Below, piece by piece: positions 35,937 through 45,076 of a DNA stretch of 64,000 nt (its first letter is position 1; the number at the start of each line of letters is the position of its first letter). Source of the stretch: Candidatus Omnitrophota bacterium (GTDB taxonomy: Bacteria > Omnitrophota > Gorgyraeia > JAHJTE01); NCBI GenBank assembly GCA_018830005.1, contig JAHJTE010000003.1:135674-199673 (forward strand), written 5' to 3'. The position numbers were made by a program, and so were the translations under genes. The notes beneath the pieces were generated by a model that saw nothing but the letters and a program-made list of their open reading frames with translations, was not told the DNA's origin and searched no databases.

Positions 35937-38710
35937 TATTCCGTCCTCCAGAAGTCGAATTTTTGTTTTAATGCAAATTTGACAAAGGATTCGGCTATGC
36001 AGAGTTTGTCTTCTGATAATTTTTTTGCGTTGGCAAGGTCTTCTGGTGTTAAGTTGAAGTTGACCAAATCCTGATTAATCATTGGTTGCCCTTCTTGGGG
36101 GTGACCATTTGGAAATTCGATTAGGTTTCCGTCTTCATCGATTAGGTGCTCGTAGTCTCCAGAATTATTTTTACCACCCCGTTCACTCACAGCCATAAAA
36201 ATAGAATAGTCCAATTTCTTAGCAACTTCAGCGTCGATGTAGCGGTTTTTAAGTGTTCCAATAAGGTCACTATCTAATAACACAAGTTCCAGCTTTCCGC
36301 GAGTAGTTAGGGCTTTTAGTTCGTATTCTGCTTGAGGTATTGCTTTTTCCAACGCTTTAATTTCAGCTTTAAGTCGTTTCTGTTGACCTTTTATCTTTTC
36401 TTTAAGCTTTTTTTCTTCTGCCCTGCTATTTTCTTTTAGCTTTTTCTTTTCTGCGCTCAGCTCTCCATTGGTTCCTTTCCATCCTTTTTCTAATGCCTTT
36501 ATTTCAGTTTGTAATTTCAGTCTTACTGCTTCTATGTCCGATTCCGTGTCAGAAAGTTTTTGTTTGGCTTTAATTAGTTCGCTTTTTAACGAGTTGAGCT
36601 TTTCTTCGGCTTCCTCTTTTTTCTCTTCAATACTTAAGGGATTGACATCCTCTTCACTTTCCTTAACGTCTTCGACTTCGTTTTCTTCATTTGTTTCGTT
36701 AATATGGTCAGCTTCTTCCTGTTCACTAAAGGTTTCTAGTAATAAATCCGCAATTGCTTCAGGAATGACGTCTTCAGGTATATCCGTTGCTTTCTGATAT
36801 TTCTTAAGCAATGAATTAATGATTGCTTCGTAATCGGGGCAGGATGCGGCTATGGCCTGTTTTGCTTTTTCAATTTTTGCCAATTCGTCTTCAGTATATT
36901 TCTGCACGAATAGTACTGATGTTTTGGTGCCTGTATGAGGTTTAAAAGTATTCTGATGAAGTCCCACAACTGCTAAGAGTCGAGCCTTTCGGAGTATCCA
37001 TTCTCGAATAAATGCCAGTGATGAGTTGTTGAATTTTCCTTGCGGAAGGACAATTCCTGCGCGCCCTCCCGGTCTTAAAAATTTCAGTATTCGTTCAATG
37101 AATAGAACGTCTCGTTCTTCCTTTGCTTGCTTGTCTTTAGCTCTCTTGAGCGCTGGTTTTGCGAGGTCATAGTGAGCAAGCATTTTCTTGTCTTTCATTT
37201 CTCCTGCAAATGGGGGATTTGCAAGGACGACATCAAACTTTAATTCGTCAAAGTATTTCCATGCGAGGTCTTCTTCTTTAAGAAGATTTGATTCATCTTG
37301 AGCTATTAATCTATTTTTAAGTAGTTTGGCGTCTTTGAGGCCTTGCATGAGTTTTTGGCCTGATTGTGTGCTGTACCATGTTTTTGGGTCTAGACTATTT
37401 ACGTCTGGTCCAAAGATATTGGTGTGACCGTCGCCAGCGATGAGCATTAATGCACGTGATGTCTTTGCGGCTCGCATTTCGAAATCGATTCCCCAAAGGT
37501 ATTTTGATGCATAACGGTGTTTGCGGAGTTCGCGCTGTGCAGTGCCGGCTGCTGGATAGCACCATTCCATAGCGTGGATTAGAAATCCTCCTGAACCACA
37601 TGCGGGATCCATGACGTATTCGTCTTTTTTTGGATTGAGCATTCGAACACACATTTCAACGACGTGCCGTGGCGTGAAAAATTGTCCTTTTTTCTTTTTT
37701 GCTTCTGTCGGTAGCAAGTATTCAAAAGCGTCATCCATAATCCTGAGGTTTGAGCCTAGTAGTCTTACCCCTTCAATGGGACCTACGCAAACTTGCAGGT
37801 GGTCTTTTCGAAGTTTAATATCCTCGTTTTCGTCAAATATGCCTGGCCATTCTTCACTTGATTTATGGAATAGTTTATTGATGCGGTCATAGGTTATTTC
37901 TGGGTCTATTGACTTCCTGAATTCGACTTCTTGATTCCTTCTTTTGGGGTTTTCTACGGCTTCTTTTTCATCCCATATCTTAGCGAAAATAAGTTTAAAT
38001 ATTTCGTTGAATTCGTCGACTCCGCTGTCTGCCAAAACAAGTTCTTCCAAATCTTGAACTATTTTTTTGAAATTAAAACTCTTTTTGAGGTGGGCTAATG
38101 TTTTCTTTGCTTCAAGTACATCTTTTGGTTCCTGGCCTCTGCGAGGTATGTCAAATAGGGTGTCGTCAAATTCTTTTGGATATGGACGATATAGTATGAT
38201 ACTGTCGCTTCCATTCGACCATACACCAACGGGTGAGCCTTCAGCATTTAAATAACTCTTAAGCTGTTCAATTCCGTCTTTGCGTTTTGGCTTTTTAACT
38301 TCAACTATAATTTTGGGTGTTTGCTTTGTTGAATCAGTATAAACGATGATGTCGGCAGCTTTCGTGTTAACTTCAGTCCCAAATTGAACGGACTTTTCCA
38401 GCTCTATCTCTTCTGGTTTATATTCATAGGAATATATGAGCTTGTACACCCAAAGCTGCCTTACTATTTCTTCAGGATGGGATTTGCCATCAGCTGAATA
38501 AACAAGAACTTCTTCTTTGCCTGAAGAAAAGGGTATCATGCTTTTAACATAATATTTTGTTTTTCCTGCCTCGCGCCCTGATTCGACTACTTTAGGGTAA
38601 ATCTTGATTATTTCGTGTATTGGTTTTTCTAAATTCTCAAATTCTGTTAATTCATACTGAGTTTTAGGATCTTTAAAAACCTTATCTAGCACTTCTTTTG
38701 TGTTCATCAT
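35936..38710 (-). CDS. N6-adenine DNA methyltransferase with N-terminal HSDR_N-type nuclease-like domain and C-terminal coiled coil
   Basis: DPACGSGGFL (motif I) and LANPPFAGEM (NPPF motif IV). N-terminal ADIIVY...IIVEVKKPK...GVWSNG resembles HSDR_N (PD-(D/E)xK). 924 aa. Confidence 0.65.
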   Translation of the reverse strand: MMNTKEVLDKVFKDPKTQYELTEFENLEKPIHEIIKIYPKVVESGREAGKTKYYVKSMIPFSSGKEEVLVYSADGKSHPEEIVRQLWVYKLIYSYEYKPEEIELEKSVQFGTEVNTKAADIIVYTDSTKQTPKIIVEVKKPKRKDGIEQLKSYLNAEGSPVGVWSNGSDSIILYRPYPKEFDDTLFDIPRRGQEPKDVLEAKKTLAHLKKSFNFKKIVQDLEELVLADSGVDEFNEIFKLIFAKIWDEKEAVENPKRRNQEVEFRKSIDPEITYDRINKLFHKSSEEWPGIFDENEDIKLRKDHLQVCVGPIEGVRLLGSNLRIMDDAFEYLLPTEAKKKKGQFFTPRHVVEMCVRMLNPKKDEYVMDPACGSGGFLIHAMEWCYPAAGTAQRELRKHRYASKYLWGIDFEMRAAKTSRALMLIAGDGHTNIFGPDVNSLDPKTWYSTQSGQKLMQGLKDAKLLKNRLIAQDESNLLKEEDLAWKYFDELKFDVVLANPPFAGEMKDKKMLAHYDLAKPALKRAKDKQAKEERDVLFIERILKFLRPGGRAGIVLPQGKFNNSSLAFIREWILRKARLLAVVGLHQNTFKPHTGTKTSVLFVQKYTEDELAKIEKAKQAIAASCPDYEAIINSLLKKYQKATDIPEDVIPEAIADLLLETFSEQEEADHINETNEENEVEDVKESEEDVNPLSIEEKKEEAEEKLNSLKSELIKAKQKLSDTESDIEAVRLKLQTEIKALEKGWKGTNGELSAEKKKLKENSRAEEKKLKEKIKGQQKRLKAEIKALEKAIPQAEYELKALTTRGKLELVLLDSDLIGTLKNRYIDAEVAKKLDYSIFMAVSERGGKNNSGDYEHLIDEDGNLIEFPNGHPQEGQPMINQDLVNFNLTPEDLANAKKLSEDKLCIAESFVKFALKQKFDFWRTE

Positions 38711-38829
38711 AAATCAACCTCTTTGTATATCGTGTGTTATATTTACTCGCCTCTCACTTATTAATAGCTATAAATTATTTCAGCATTAATAAACTTTGGC
38801 AGTGTTTGTAGCCTTTCTTAATATTTCTT

Positions 38830-40398
38830 CTATAACTGTAATTTGAAAAGTTTCTTTAGTACTTTCTGCACGGTTTCTTGATAATCTTCAATTTGGCGTT
38901 CATCAATTCCTACTGTGGCGCGTTCATGAATTAGTTTACATCGCAATCCGTAGTAGTGGTTAATCTTTTTCCAGAGTTTCTCGCTAATCTTGACGTATTT
39001 TTTTATTTCTTTCTCAACTTTATGCCTTGCATTAAACAGGTCTAACAATTCTCTGTCCGTATAGTGATGTCTCGATTCATTGACCAAATACTCTTTAAAT
39101 GCGATTTCTAGGGTGCTATCTAATAATATCAGGCAGATGCGGTTCTTTTGCTCTAGCTTTTGATGATAGATGATATCTACAGCAATCATTCCTTCATAAA
39201 GACCGCTTGTCCAAGGTTTATCCTTTGCAATCTTTCGATTAGCTTGCTTAATAATGTCACTATATCTTAAGTTGGCTTTAGGCAAAGGGGGGAGATATGA
39301 CCTTTTTGCCTCCGGAAAATTGTCTATCTTCTTTGCCACAATATGTCCGGAAGGATATTTAAAAACTTTGTCTGACCAGTCGCCCTCCCATCTCCTAGAA
39401 AGTGACGCAAAATCTTTCACAACCTGAACAAGCCAACCACGCAACGCAACAAAAATTGGATGATTTTGATTAATCCCTGACTTACTGCTATTCCATGGCA
39501 TTAAGTCAGCCTCTCCTTTAAGCGAAACAATGACTCTGGTGAGGGAAATGCTGGGATGCGGTCGTCCTGCTAATCCTTTTGTAAAACCAACTTCATAATT
39601 TTTGAGAGCTTTCGCAATTAATCGGTCATTACAGTAGAAGTAGACCCCATACTCACCACTAGCAGGACTTGACTCCATGCTGAGACCAGCAAGAACCTCA
39701 ACTTTAACAACCTTACCTTCTGCGCTTGGTAAATCACCATGATACCTATGTGGTAAATACTCCGGAGGGTATGCCCAATTTTCAAAGATATGTGGTTTTA
39801 AAACGTCTGCATTAAGCTGAATTTTTAACTGCTTATTAAATAAAAATTTGGCGTAGGTAGCTTCTAAATGCTCTCTAAGGTATTTGAGACTACCATCGGT
39901 TATTACAAAACGAAGTTTATGAAGTTCAATTCTAGTAGTTCCTTCAGTTATCTGATCAACCTCATAAACAGGTAGCTCCCAATCATCATTATCAAGCCAA
40001 GTTTCATCAAATTCTATACTATAAGTTTTTTCTTTAGCATACCGAGTTATTATTCGTATATCCTGAGACAAAGCTACAACCGCCCTTTTGCTTCCAACTC
40101 CAAAAATCCCTATTGTCTCATCTGTTGGCAAATTACTAGTCTGCCCGGGCCCAACAATTAAATTAAGTTCGGATTTCTTAATTCCCCCGGCACTATCAGA
40201 AACATTAATCAACTGCCTGTCTTTATCAATATCTATATGGATTTCTAAAGACCTCTTTCTGCCGATTTTCACCCATATATCAAGGGCATTATCAATTAGC
40301 TCACAAATGGAGCGATTAAGGTCATAATCCGCAATAATGGAAAGAAATATCCTTTTAGAAGGGACAGCATCTATCGTATCTACTTCTTTCTTTACCAA
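38830..40398 (-). CDS. GHKL-family ATPase (MORC/paraMORC-like)
   Basis: Bergerat-fold motifs ELIDNALD, SDSAGGI and GIFGVGSKRA. Confidence 0.55.
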   Translation of the reverse strand: MVKKEVDTIDAVPSKRIFLSIIADYDLNRSICELIDNALDIWVKIGRKRSLEIHIDIDKDRQLINVSDSAGGIKKSELNLIVGPGQTSNLPTDETIGIFGVGSKRAVVALSQDIRIITRYAKEKTYSIEFDETWLDNDDWELPVYEVDQITEGTTRIELHKLRFVITDGSLKYLREHLEATYAKFLFNKQLKIQLNADVLKPHIFENWAYPPEYLPHRYHGDLPSAEGKVVKVEVLAGLSMESSPASGEYGVYFYCNDRLIAKALKNYEVGFTKGLAGRPHPSISLTRVIVSLKGEADLMPWNSSKSGINQNHPIFVALRGWLVQVVKDFASLSRRWEGDWSDKVFKYPSGHIVAKKIDNFPEAKRSYLPPLPKANLRYSDIIKQANRKIAKDKPWTSGLYEGMIAVDIIYHQKLEQKNRICLILLDSTLEIAFKEYLVNESRHHYTDRELLDLFNARHKVEKEIKKYVKISEKLWKKINHYYGLRCKLIHERATVGIDERQIEDYQETVQKVLKKLFKLQL

Positions 40399-40407
40399 AT
40401 TAACCCC

Positions 40408-40590
40408 CTATGAAACAATGTTACTCCTGCTCTTAATAAAGCTTTCCAAGTCCTCGGGATAAACCCGCCACCTGCCAATCTTTGTTGCCTTTATCTGCTT
40501 GGCCTTGATTAGGTCGCGCACCCATTTCTCGGTTACGTCCAGTTTCTTAGAGACTTGTTTTACTGTGAAATATTTTTTTAGGTCATCCAT
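40408..40590 (-). CDS. xis: excisionase/AlpA-family HTH protein
   Basis: 60 aa: FTVKQVSKKLDVTEKWVRDLIKAKQIKATKIGRWRVYPEDL. Confidence 0.5.
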   Translation of the reverse strand: MDDLKKYFTVKQVSKKLDVTEKWVRDLIKAKQIKATKIGRWRVYPEDLESFIKSRSNIVS

Positions 40591-40690
40591 AGCTTTGTGG
40601 CTCCGGAATTGAGGCAGATTATGAGATATTGACGACTTATCTTTACTTATTATTACTTCCTATTGTACAGGAAGCGCTTTAAAAGTCAAC

Positions 40691-40718
40691 AGAATACTGA
40701 AAACAGAATACTGAAAAC
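40691..40718. repeat. exact 14-bp tandem duplication (agaatactgaaaac x2) upstream of xis
   Basis: Direct reading. Confidence 0.7.
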
Positions 40719-40729
40719 ACGATTTGCTA

Positions 40730-41140
40730 TTTGTTTCTATAGCTTCATTTATATAATACCACACCCAGAAACAAACCCAACCAATCACAAATCAAGCACT
40801 TACGCAGTAGAAACAAATCTACCACCGTAGAAACAATACCCACCACCAACATCGCCCCCAAAAATAAACCCATATAATAAAAAGGGGCAACACACAAAAC
40901 GCCTTCAAGCCCATAAGGCAAACAAGCACCAACCCAAAAAAGGCTACATCACCCCAGCCCCCCTAGAATAATGCCATATAAGATAAAGGGGGCACATCTA
41001 AACGCCCACCCAAAAATAAAACTCCACATAAAAACAAGGAGGGCCAAGAATACAGCGCCAGCAAGCCGAAAGGCAATACAGCGCATCCAGACCACCAAAC
41101 AAAAAAGAAGAAACAATGAAAGGAAAAAAAGGAAGCAAAC
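40730..41140. repeat. A+C-rich noncoding region with two sets of direct repeats (iteron-like)
   Basis: 20-bp tandem gtagaaacaaatctaccacc / gtagaaacaatacccaccacc at 40807-40847. 33-bp imperfect repeat at 40870-40903 and 40974-41006. No ORF. Confidence 0.5.
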
Positions 41141-41413
41141 CTAAATCAAAAGCTCCTCCTCCTTAAGAACCAACCTCGAAACCTCCCTGAACTCCGCCTG
41201 CTCAGCCAACCCAACCAGCTCAGCCTTCAGAAGCTCCTGCTCCCACCCCGTGAGAACCGCACATACACCGTATGACGCCAGGACACCCTGCAAATCATCC
41301 AAGACATCCTCAACATCAAACCAGACATCAAACTGCCTCACATACTCCACGACACGATACACCAGCCACGAACCAGACTCACTGACAACTTTGTCTTTAC
41401 ACATATCGAACAC
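41141..41413 (-). CDS. hypothetical protein
   Basis: ORF. Confidence 0.3.
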   Translation of the reverse strand: MFDMCKDKVVSESGSWLVYRVVEYVRQFDVWFDVEDVLDDLQGVLASYGVCAVLTGWEQELLKAELVGLAEQAEFREVSRLVLKEEELLI

Positions 41414-41616
41414 CTCCGAATTTCTTTTTTATAGCGCCAGCTATTAGAAAAAAGAAATGGAGGACACCCAACCAAACAAAAGCCACCACAAACTATGTAA
41501 TGTTTTAGACGGCCCCTAAGGGAAAAGGTTTAGGAACGGATTTTGCGAACGAGCAAAAGCCTCCATAAACCTTTAGGCGTGAAAAAAACACAAGAAATCA
41601 GACACAGAAAAAAAGA

Positions 41617-41811
41617 TTAAAACAGAAAAGAAAAATACTCCTGCATCTCACCCAGAAGCTGCTTTCCCTGCTCACTTTCAAATTCAACAAACTCAATCTC
41701 TTTCCGTTCATAATCCACTTTCCTAAACTGCATAAGCACAGCATCAACAGTGAAACCCCTAAAAGTCGGCAACTGAAACGGAACATTTTGTAACATCCTC
41801 AACACCTCCAA
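41617..41811 (-). CDS. hypothetical protein
   Basis: ORF. Confidence 0.25.
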   Translation of the reverse strand: MEVLRMLQNVPFQLPTFRGFTVDAVLMQFRKVDYERKEIEFVEFESEQGKQLLGEMQEYFSFLF

Positions 41812-41829
41812 GCAAAAAAAGAGGGGGAT

Positions 41830-42177
41830 TCACCCCTCAACATCACCGTCCTGCTCTCCCTCCTTCAGCACCAAGTACTCAAACGCCTTCTCGAGAACAA
41901 GAACAGCCTTGGGCAAATCATTCACTCCTAAAGAACTCGAACTCTGCCAATCACCATTGTTATCCTTGTAACGCCTCTGCAACGTCACAGAACAATACTC
42001 AACATCTTTGCCCTTAATGTTCCTGGCATTCTTCCAGACAGTAGCACTTATAGCTCCTGTGCTAAACTTCTTCTCAGGCTTGTTTCCATCTCCCATTTTC
42101 ATAAACTCCATTCCAGCTCTTCTAAACGAGAGCAAGAATTTTATTTCTGCCAAGAAATAATAAAATTCGTGCGACAA
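41830..42177 (-). CDS. hypothetical protein
   Basis: ORF. Confidence 0.3.
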   Translation of the reverse strand: MSHEFYYFLAEIKFLLSFRRAGMEFMKMGDGNKPEKKFSTGAISATVWKNARNIKGKDVEYCSVTLQRRYKDNNGDWQSSSSLGVNDLPKAVLVLEKAFEYLVLKEGEQDGDVEG

Positions 42178-42220
42178 AACTTAAAAAGGAAAAAATAATT
42201 AGAAAAAAGGAATAAGGCAA

Positions 42221-42514
42221 TCAGTACCGGGAATAATACCGTTTATCTGACAGAAGCTTCTTCTCAACACTGCCAACACCTTCAGCTTGGCGGGAACCGG
42301 CCTTGCACTCATCAATAATCTTATCAATAGTGTCGCCCCTCAAGTCAGCCAAGCTAGTGTTCGGCAGCCGAAGACACATCTCCTCAGATATTGAATACGT
42401 CTGCCTCGCATAAACGATACCGCTACCATAAGAACTACTGGAATCGCCAACAGGAATCCTCCTGATGCGAGTAACTTTCTTCTTCCGCCACACCCTCAAC
42501 AACGCGTCAGTCAT
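42221..42514 (-). CDS. hypothetical protein
   Basis: ORF. Confidence 0.3.
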   Translation of the reverse strand: MTDALLRVWRKKKVTRIRRIPVGDSSSSYGSGIVYARQTYSISEEMCLRLPNTSLADLRGDTIDKIIDECKAGSRQAEGVGSVEKKLLSDKRYYSRY

Positions 42515-42795
42515 CTATAGCCACCTCGATAATCAGGGCCATCATAAAGATTAACAGGAACGTCAGCACACCTCATAGTCTTCTCAGCTTCTTTCCAGGC
42601 ACCTTTCAGCAAACTGTCAAAATAACTGGCAGGATCCCACGCAATCCTATTATCCTCAGACTCCTTCAGCCAAGCATCAAGGTCAACAATATTCCTCAAA
42701 ATGTCATAATCCCCATTAGGAAAAACCCTGGCGTAAACCACGCCAGGCCTTTCCAACTCCTTCACGGAATGTTTTACACAGTCATTAATCCCCAT
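42511..42795 (-). CDS. hypothetical protein
   Basis: ORF, overlaps the previous gene. Confidence 0.3.
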   Translation of the reverse strand: MGINDCVKHSVKELERPGVVYARVFPNGDYDILRNIVDLDAWLKESEDNRIAWDPASYFDSLLKGAWKEAEKTMRCADVPVNLYDGPDYRGGYR

Positions 42796-42910
42796 GGCAC
42801 CAAAAAAACAAGAACATGCTTAAAAAGGTTACGAAAGAAAATCCGAAAGATTTATGCACAAAAACAATAAGCCTTAAATATCCCGCTAGTATTTCAGGAA
42901 ATATTAGAAA

Positions 42911-43324
42911 ATGTATAAGAAAAGCAATTACGGCATAGGATTTTCGCCACTAGAAAAAGCAACCTACAGTGTTGGACTTAGAGCATACGCTCCGGAATTA
43001 CAGAGTCAAGAACTCTTATTTGCTAGAGTCAAGAATCCGCAGGCATACGAGTCAATCCTAGCAAAACACTACAACAAATTTTTGGACTACATAAAAGGCA
43101 TGACAAGATACAACCCAACCAGCAACACGGAAGAGACAAGCACGCTGGAAAAAAACATCACAAACTACCATTCCGACATCAAAGACAAGAAGCAAATAGA
43201 CCCGCGAACTCATTACGCATTCCCCCTCGGCCCAGAAGCAGCAATAATCGTAGACATCGGACTAAACCCAACCGGACTAAAAACAAACAGCCTCGGCAAT
43301 ATAGAACAAATTCGACTTAAATAA
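42911..43324 (+). CDS. hypothetical protein
   Basis: ORF. Confidence 0.3.
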   Translation: MYKKSNYGIGFSPLEKATYSVGLRAYAPELQSQELLFARVKNPQAYESILAKHYNKFLDYIKGMTRYNPTSNTEETSTLEKNITNYHSDIKDKKQIDPRTHYAFPLGPEAAIIVDIGLNPTGLKTNSLGNIEQIRLK

Positions 43325-43448
43325 TAAAGCAAGTTTCTTTTTCTACCCGAAACTGAATTACAAACCCGATTGCGCACTAAGAACGGTCTGGATACCCGCG
43401 AGAAGATGTGGTATCATAATAGCCAAAATATAAAAGTGGACAAAAGAT

Positions 43449-43745
43449 ATGCCTGACTATTACGATAAATATTCATATTTAGAAAAAGCTTTCAAAAACG
43501 ACACTCGCTCATTAGATCTCCTATACGAATTCCACGACAAGTCACTAGACTACTTCAAATGTACACTAAAAACAAAATTCGACTATATCAAAGAACAGGA
43601 ACTCCTTGATAAGATAGAAATATCCATCGGCAACTTGAACGATTATATTCGGCAAACCAACATAGCAATAAAACAGCTGCCAACGCCAAACAAACCCGGC
43701 AAAATAATGCGTTTCACGCAAGAATGTTATCGGCAGGAAGAATAA
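43449..43745 (+). CDS. hypothetical protein
   Basis: ORF. Confidence 0.3.
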   Translation: MPDYYDKYSYLEKAFKNDTRSLDLLYEFHDKSLDYFKCTLKTKFDYIKEQELLDKIEISIGNLNDYIRQTNIAIKQLPTPNKPGKIMRFTQECYRQEE

Positions 43746-43757
43746 AAGGGATTCCGT

Positions 43758-44360
43758 ATGGAAGAATCGCAATACGCTAAAGACTACGAATTTGCTCAAC
43801 ACTGCATAAAAAACAGTGACTTTGATGAATTCTACAAACGCTACAAAGCAAACATAGAAAAAACTATTAAAAAAAGATTGTACGGAGAAATGGCAACCTA
43901 CCTAGAAGACATAAGCCAAGAAATCATAATGTACCTACTCTACAAAGGCGGACTTGGAAAATATCAAGGCAGATCTCGACTAAGTACATGGCTGTTCGTA
44001 GTAGTAAGGGGACGCACCATAGACTTCATCAGAAACATCACGAGACACAAAGAATCATCATATGACCCGGTAGTACTTAATGGCAAAGCAAAAAAAGACA
44101 GGTCAGTAACTCGCAAACTCATAGAAGAAGAAACCACAAGCCTTGTCTGGAAAACACTAAAAGAAATGCGAGATACGTGGAATCTTCAAAAAACGGTATT
44201 TATGGAAAAACACCACCTCGAACGACTCACATATAAACAAATCGGGCAGATGTTCAACATAAAACAGACAACAGTATACAACCACATACTCAAAGCAGAA
44301 GATAAGTTTAGAGAACTGTTTAGCGACCTAAATCCGGATTACGAGGAGGAACAAATATGA
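43758..44360 (+). CDS. sigma-70 family (ECF-type) RNA polymerase sigma factor
   Basis: Region 2 (STWLFVVVRGRTIDFIR). Region 4 HTH (LTYKQIGQMFNIKQTTVYNHILKA). Confidence 0.55.
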   Translation: MEESQYAKDYEFAQHCIKNSDFDEFYKRYKANIEKTIKKRLYGEMATYLEDISQEIIMYLLYKGGLGKYQGRSRLSTWLFVVVRGRTIDFIRNITRHKESSYDPVVLNGKAKKDRSVTRKLIEEETTSLVWKTLKEMRDTWNLQKTVFMEKHHLERLTYKQIGQMFNIKQTTVYNHILKAEDKFRELFSDLNPDYEEEQI

Positions 44361-45070
44361 ATAAATTATGCAAAATAAGCGGGCACCTCATACGATTCTA
44401 CCCCCATCTCCCCGAGAAGCTAATGCAACACATTCACAGCTGTGCGGAATGCAGCGAAAAACTAAAAACAATAAAGCTATTTGCAAAACTGCAAGGAGAC
44501 AAACCAGACTACGCCAAGATAGAAAAAGCACCCACCTGCCCCGATGACAACACCTTCGCAGCACTCCTTGACGGACAACTTCAAGGGAAAGAATTGCAAA
44601 AAATGGAAAGCCACCTCCTCAACTGCGCCCAGTGCTTCCACATAGCCGCAGAATACATCAAAGAACACCAACCAGCAACAGAAACCATAGAGCAACTGCT
44701 GGCAGATGCAGAACCAAGCCTTGAGGCAGCAGCTCTCTTGGACAAAGTTCGCGGGCTAAGCGAAGCATTCATCAACAAGTATTATCCGGCTATGCAGGAA
44801 TGGTTTGATGGCGCATTCGGAGCGATAAGAGAAAGTATCTTGGCAGGAGAACAACTGGCAACAGTTCCAGTAAGGGGAATGGGTTTCTCTCAGAATAAGC
44901 AACAAATAATTGCGAAGACAGTGCTGATAATGCAGGAAGTCCTCAAAGAAGCCAAGCCGGACTGGACACGCGAGCAATACAAGAAATGTATCGAAAAACA
45001 GTGCAAAAAACTCAAGGCCGACAGAAAACTGAAAAACGCTCTACTGGAATATTGTGAGCACCTTAAATAA
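44357..45070 (+). CDS. putative zf-HC2 anti-sigma factor
   Basis: HxxxCxxC motifs (HIHSCAECSEKL, HLLNCAQCFH). Immediately follows the sigma gene and overlaps it. Confidence 0.4.
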   Translation: MNKLCKISGHLIRFYPHLPEKLMQHIHSCAECSEKLKTIKLFAKLQGDKPDYAKIEKAPTCPDDNTFAALLDGQLQGKELQKMESHLLNCAQCFHIAAEYIKEHQPATETIEQLLADAEPSLEAAALLDKVRGLSEAFINKYYPAMQEWFDGAFGAIRESILAGEQLATVPVRGMGFSQNKQQIIAKTVLIMQEVLKEAKPDWTREQYKKCIEKQCKKLKADRKLKNALLEYCEHLK

Positions 45071-45076
45071 AAAACC

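Noticed and set aside
36468-36797. Ser-rich 109-aa ORF and other ORFs overlapping the big minus-strand operon genes
   Set aside because: Opposite-strand frames of confidently called CDSs with repetitive low-complexity translation.
40691-40718. Possible CRISPR array
   Set aside because: Only two 14-bp units with no spacers. No cas genes anywhere in the window.
41830-42177. PC4/YdbC-like ssDNA-binding assignment for the 115-aa protein
   Set aside because: Only a vague resemblance from memory. The characteristic conserved residues could not be aligned.
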